Source: Thermoflexales bacterium
GTDB lineage: Bacteria; Chloroflexota; Anaerolineae; J036; Brachytrichaceae
Length of the DNA: 50,734 nt
Assembly: GCA_038213625.1 (NCBI GenBank)
Contig: JBBQST010000001.1
Coordinates: 1-50,734 of the forward strand
Reading direction: 5' to 3'
Shown here: piece by piece, positions 46,965 to 50,734 of the stretch
How the letters are laid out: each line of letters opens with the position of its first letter
Position numbering within the stretch: the first letter of the stretch is position 1
Made by a program: the position numbers and the translations under genes
The notes under the pieces: generated by a model
The model's input: only the letters and a program-made list of their open reading frames with translations
Databases searched by the model: none
Told to the model about the DNA's origin: nothing

Positions 46965-48209
46965 TCAATTTTCAGACTGGTATACCCGAGTATTGGGTTT
47001 GAAGACGGCCCACGAAAACCAGAAATGGTTGATCGCCACCACACGGTTCAGTGATTCGCCGGCCAGCCTGCCCGAGATCGCGCGTCCGAACACCGACCAC
47101 TCGCTGCCGGTTTCCTGGTCCACAATCCGGTTCTGGTCGACCACAAAGGTCAGCGTTATGCCATTCAACTCCCGGGCATAGGCCACGGCCGAGCCCACAT
47201 CGCGCCCGCCGGCGACTGTACCGGCATCGAGCGCAGATGCGGTCTCAGCCTGCCACAACACCACGATGGGCTGTCCACCCACTGATGCATTGACCACGCG
47301 GACGCGTTGTAAAACCTCATAGGGGAAGGCAATTGCATCACCATTGCGCTCCATGGCCAGCACGCGCACCATCGGTTTCAACTGGTCAGGTGTGGCCGGC
47401 CCCTGATACAGGAATGGCGGCTTGTTCACATCGTCATAGCCCACATAGGGATTTGCGCCATAGTTGCGCTGGTAGCCGGTCTCGCGCGATAGCACGCTGC
47501 CGGCAGGGAAGTTGGCTTTGAATTGAGCCCACGCGATGATCGAGGCAGGATGAAACACCAGTTCACGACCCGCCATTTCACCCACAATCGCCCGGCCGGA
47601 AGCCTGCTGCCACCATGACTCGGTCTGCCGGTCGTACATGATCAGGTTGCTGTAACGCAGACGGCCCGTGGTGCCGAAGTCCAGTACCCGCCCCTCTAGC
47701 GCGCGCTCGAATGCGATGGCGGTGTTGCAGAGGGGACAAAACGTGACCACAACCGGCATGCCGCCGACTACGTCGTTCACGATCTCGTGCCACATGAGCA
47801 CCTGGATGGGATAGGCCCGCGCGTCATTGCCCACCTGAACATGAACCACGGGTTCCATTGGCTTCAGCCAGGCGTCAGCCTCGCCCACATTCACGAACGC
47901 AGGTTGATCAATGGGCGGAATACCATCTTTGGATGGCCCGCCCGAAAGAATATCGTCAAACGGCACGGTGCTTTTGCTGAAATCAGTTTTAAATTCATTG
48001 GCGGCACCAGCGGGCGGCGTTTGAGGCGGCAGGAAGGTGGGCGTGGCCGCGCTGACCCCTGATCGCTCAGGAGTAGCCGCTGGCGATGGTTGGGCTGGCT
48101 CAGGTGAAACTTCGGCTGGACCTGGTGTGGCCGGTCTTGACGGCGAAACAGTCTGGCAACTGACCAACCACAGCGCCGCAATCAGCATCAACTGAAGATT
48201 TTTTCTCAT
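46965..48209 (-). CDS. DUF3179-family exported (lipo)protein
   Basis: ORF track. Signal/lipobox MRKNLQLMLIAALWLVSC and the DUF3179 hallmark ...SKDGIPPIDQPAFV.... Confidence 0.8.
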   Translation of the reverse strand: MRKNLQLMLIAALWLVSCQTVSPSRPATPGPAEVSPEPAQPSPAATPERSGVSAATPTFLPPQTPPAGAANEFKTDFSKSTVPFDDILSGGPSKDGIPPIDQPAFVNVGEADAWLKPMEPVVHVQVGNDARAYPIQVLMWHEIVNDVVGGMPVVVTFCPLCNTAIAFERALEGRVLDFGTTGRLRYSNLIMYDRQTESWWQQASGRAIVGEMAGRELVFHPASIIAWAQFKANFPAGSVLSRETGYQRNYGANPYVGYDDVNKPPFLYQGPATPDQLKPMVRVLAMERNGDAIAFPYEVLQRVRVVNASVGGQPIVVLWQAETASALDAGTVAGGRDVGSAVAYARELNGITLTFVVDQNRIVDQETGSEWSVFGRAISGRLAGESLNRVVAINHFWFSWAVFKPNTRVYQSEN

Positions 48210-48391
48210 ATCACCCCACTCAAACTCCCCTGTGGATACAGCGACTATGCACGAAGTCCGCGCATGGCCTGATGCACACTTACTTCATACGACCTGAAAC
48301 ACCTTAGCGCATAAACCGTTTTCACAATGTGCGCATGCTTACATTGGCCTGATTCAACTGTGAATCTACCCAGCCAAAACTTGAACGACAC

Positions 48392-48419
48392 TTGACATCA
48401 ATATATTTCTTGATATATT
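48392..48419 (+). promoter_or_regulatory. sigma-70-type promoter candidate
   Basis: TTGACA (48392..48397), 16 nt, TATATT (48414..48419), ~150 nt upstream of the 48569 start. Confidence 0.4.
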
Positions 48420-48568
48420 CTCAACGTCATTCAGGCAGTGGGTTGATCCAACCTGCCATGGCACACCCCGCCGTGTCACCCACTCCATCAATCCAGGAAG
48501 AATGATGGCGATCTCAATCTTGCTCGTATTGTGATTCGCTCAATTTTTCTGTCGATCAAGGAGGACTT

Positions 48569-49492
48569 TTGTTTCCGCTCACGCTACAACTGGACTGGAA
48601 ACCCAATGCGCAGTTCGCCGGCGTCATCGCGGCGCAGGAACTCAACTGGTATGCCGAGGCCGGCATCGATCTGACCATCTCGCCGTGGCGGCCCTACTAC
48701 AACCAGATGGATGCGTTGGACGACGATGGCGTGAACGACGCCAACATCATCGTTAGCACCGAGGACAACCTGCACATCATCGCCCGCGCGCAGGGCAAAC
48801 CGGTGGTCGCCATCGGCGCGATGATCCAGTACAGCGGCATCGGCTGGATGACCCAGGCCTCAGCCAACATTCACAACATCACCGACCTGCGTGGCAAACG
48901 CATCGGCATCCATGGCGACGGCCTGACAGCGCTACAAGTGACCCTGCGCCAGCACGGCATGACCGACATGGATGTTGAGATTGTCGATGTCGGCTTCAAC
49001 TACGACGAATTGCTCAACAGCGGCGAGTATGCGGCTGTGCAATGTTTTGTCCTGGTTGAGCCGCGAGAGTTGGCGCTGAAGGGATTCGATCTGCACAACC
49101 TGGCCGCTTTTGAATGGGGCTATCAGGTGTATTCGCAGGTGATCTCGACCACCGAGCGCATGCTGACCCAGCGCCAGCCCGAACTCGAGTGCTTCCTCAA
49201 AGTCACATTCGATGGCTGGCGCTACGCCATCGAACACCGGAAAGAGGTGTCTCAGATGATCGTCGAGCACTATTTGCCCGAGGCGGATGCCGAGTCCCAG
49301 GCCTACATGTTGCAAGACATGCAGCCCCATTTGACAGGTGCGGTTGGCCTCGAACGCCTGGGTTGGATGACGGCTGAGCGATGGGCGAAGAGCACTGAAT
49401 ATCTGGCCACAAATGGGCTCATCTCTCGAATGATCCCGCCAGAGGAGTTGATGACCAACGATTTGATGAAAGCAATTTACGCCGTGCCTTGA
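48569..49492 (+). CDS. NMT1/THI5-like (SsuA/TauA-type) periplasmic-binding-fold protein without signal peptide
   Basis: ORF track. TTG start 3-4 nt after AAGGAGGA. ...LQLDWKPNAQFAGVIAAQELNWYAEAGIDL... is typical of the NMT1/THI5 family. Confidence 0.75.
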   Translation: MFPLTLQLDWKPNAQFAGVIAAQELNWYAEAGIDLTISPWRPYYNQMDALDDDGVNDANIIVSTEDNLHIIARAQGKPVVAIGAMIQYSGIGWMTQASANIHNITDLRGKRIGIHGDGLTALQVTLRQHGMTDMDVEIVDVGFNYDELLNSGEYAAVQCFVLVEPRELALKGFDLHNLAAFEWGYQVYSQVISTTERMLTQRQPELECFLKVTFDGWRYAIEHRKEVSQMIVEHYLPEADAESQAYMLQDMQPHLTGAVGLERLGWMTAERWAKSTEYLATNGLISRMIPPEELMTNDLMKAIYAVP

Positions 49493-49945
49493 TGCAGCGT
49501 GTTCGAAACGTCCTGTTGCTGAGCAGCTTGTGCACGCTGGGACCGCGCTGGCTCAGGATTGCGATTCAGGTCGTGGTCGATTTCATTAGAGCAATTCCGC
49601 CGCTCGTCCCAATTGCCTTTATCTACTTTGCCCTTCCCGGCTTCGGCCTGACACTGAGCGAGTTCTGGACCGGCGGGGTTGCGCTGAGCCTGATCGCGGC
49701 GTGCTACACATCGTAGAAATTGTGCGAGCCAGCCTCGAATCGCTGGATCGCGGACAGACCGAGGCCGCCTTGTCCATCGGCATGACGGATGCATGGCGTT
49801 GCGATTCATTCTGTTGCCCCACGCAGTCACGCGCATGCTGACCCGCCTGATCGAATACATGCAGAGCTACACCGATGTATGGTTCGCCACTTCTGCACAA
49901 GTCGCACGCCATGTCACCCAGTTGCTTCAAACACCCAAGCCATGA
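49489..49945 (+). pseudogene. decayed ABC-transporter permease remnant (two or more frameshifts, N-terminally truncated) fused to an unrelated C-terminal fragment
   Basis: Frame 1 (49489..49716) reads ...IRAIPPLVPIAFIYFALPGFGLTLSEFWTGGVALSLIAACYTS*. The next frame reads IVEIVRASLESLDRGQTEAALSIGMT. A third frame (from 49793) reads MALRFILLPHAVTRML and then ...IEYMQSYTDVWFATSAQVARHV.... Confidence 0.6.
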
Positions 49946-50613
49946 TATTGCCACCTCTACTAGACAAGACCGAGTGTTCATTAACTGAGCAAGTCTTTCA
50001 CACGCTCAGACAGGCGATCCTGACCCTGCAACTCAAACCTCGTGAGCATCTGATCATCGGTGACGTAGCAGATCATTACAGCATCAGCCGCACACCAGTT
50101 CGAGAAGCGCTCATCATGCTGGAGCAGGAAGGCTGGGTGATCAGTGATGGCCGGCGTGGCGCGCAAGTGACGGCACCCTCTGAGGTCGATCTGCTCGAAG
50201 TCATCGAGCTACAGGCCATTCTTGAGGCGCACGTGGCCAAACGCGCCGCCACCCTGCTGACCGATCAAGATATTAAAGCCCTGGACGCATTGCTAAAAAA
50301 ATCTGACCAGCTCTTGAAGAGAGGCGATGAAGACGGGCGGCGTATGCTGAGCAAAGAGTTTCACCGGCGGCTGGCCGATTTGGTGGGAAATTCCCGGCTG
50401 ACGGAGCAAATCCGCTCGCACGAGGAATACATCGAGCGGGTGCGGCCACTGGTCTGGCGCTCGGGCGATGCGCCACCCGAAGAATCATCGCGCCAGCACT
50501 GGCAGATATATCAGGCGCTAAAGTCGCGCAATGCTGTTGAGGCTGAACAATTAATGTTTCATCACACCGTGTGGTACGAGAAAGAGTTGTCAGCAGCCGT
50601 CAAATACCTGTAA
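49942..50613 (+). CDS. GntR-family (FadR/FCD subfamily) transcriptional regulator
   Basis: ORF track 49789..50613(+). I moved the start to ATG 49942 (MILPPLLDK...). wHTH ...GDVADHYSISRTPVREALIMLEQEGWV... and a helical FCD-like C-terminal domain. Confidence 0.9.
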   Translation: MILPPLLDKTECSLTEQVFHTLRQAILTLQLKPREHLIIGDVADHYSISRTPVREALIMLEQEGWVISDGRRGAQVTAPSEVDLLEVIELQAILEAHVAKRAATLLTDQDIKALDALLKKSDQLLKRGDEDGRRMLSKEFHRRLADLVGNSRLTEQIRSHEEYIERVRPLVWRSGDAPPEESSRQHWQIYQALKSRNAVEAEQLMFHHTVWYEKELSAAVKYL

Positions 50614-50661
50614 GTGGGTTGTATAGGGTGCATTCTGATTTAGAGGCATTTAAGCCATGTA

Positions 50662-50684
50662 GGGGTGGGTCTCAGACCCGCCCC
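50662..50684. repeat. GC-rich REP-like palindrome
   Basis: ggggtgggtct-c-agacccgcccc has 11-bp arms with one T:G. It sits ~50 nt after the GntR stop and has no U-tail. Confidence 0.5.
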
Positions 50685-50734
50685 ATAGGCACGAAATTAA
50701 GCAGCGTTAGGCTCATCTTGAGCTTCGTCAATGG

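Noticed and set aside
48426-48568. TPP (or other thiamine-related) riboswitch in the ~150-nt leader of the THI5-like gene
   Set aside because: The leader has a hairpin (ggcag...ctgcc) but lacks the CUGAGA and ACCUGAUCUGGAUAAUGCCAGCG-type conserved cores. I make no riboswitch call.

Overview
Composite window. (i) 1 to ~4579 is a very GC-rich housekeeping fragment. It holds thrS (minus strand) behind a T-box leader with a candidate Thr (ACC) specifier and a terminator, tRNA-Val(GAC), a small GC3-rich ORF, and a DUF2723-type membrane protein gene whose 3' half is missing. (ii) At ~4579 base composition and codon style change abruptly and two convergent genes are cut. This is either an assembly chimera or a recombination scar. 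(iii) ~4580 to 50734 is a moderate-GC photosynthesis gene cluster in the style of a Chloroflexota filamentous anoxygenic phototroph. It contains a pufB-pufA-pufL-pufM-pufC-pucC/lhaA-like operon (type II reaction centre, L and M unfused, no H-subunit gene seen) and a divergent crtB-bchG-bchP. It also contains an ~18 kb minus-strand gene train: pucC-like, bchF, bchI, bchD, bchH, three unknown ORFs, bchC, bchX, bchY, a PepSY-like ORF plus a C39-like cysteine peptidase, bchZ, an ICMT-like methyltransferase and DUF169. Ordinary genes flank the cluster (hydantoinase, queA, Zn-ADH, cupin, MFS, TlpA/CcdA/DUF3179, THI5-like, GntR). The most unusual signals are: (a) heptamer-periodic palindromic and tandem elements that fill operon junctions and also sit in frame inside bchH, bchD, bchI and bchZ; the bchI copy has a clean 7-bp flanking direct repeat, and every stem imperfection I could score is G:T on the plus strand; (b) a two-gene protease/inhibitor-like module splitting bchY from bchZ; (c) a 17-bp tandem duplication that frameshifts an ORF next to bchH; (d) a 112-nt MITE-like element with an 8-bp target duplication; (e) several decayed genes. 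Family assignments come from motif recognition in the supplied translations. No database search was run.
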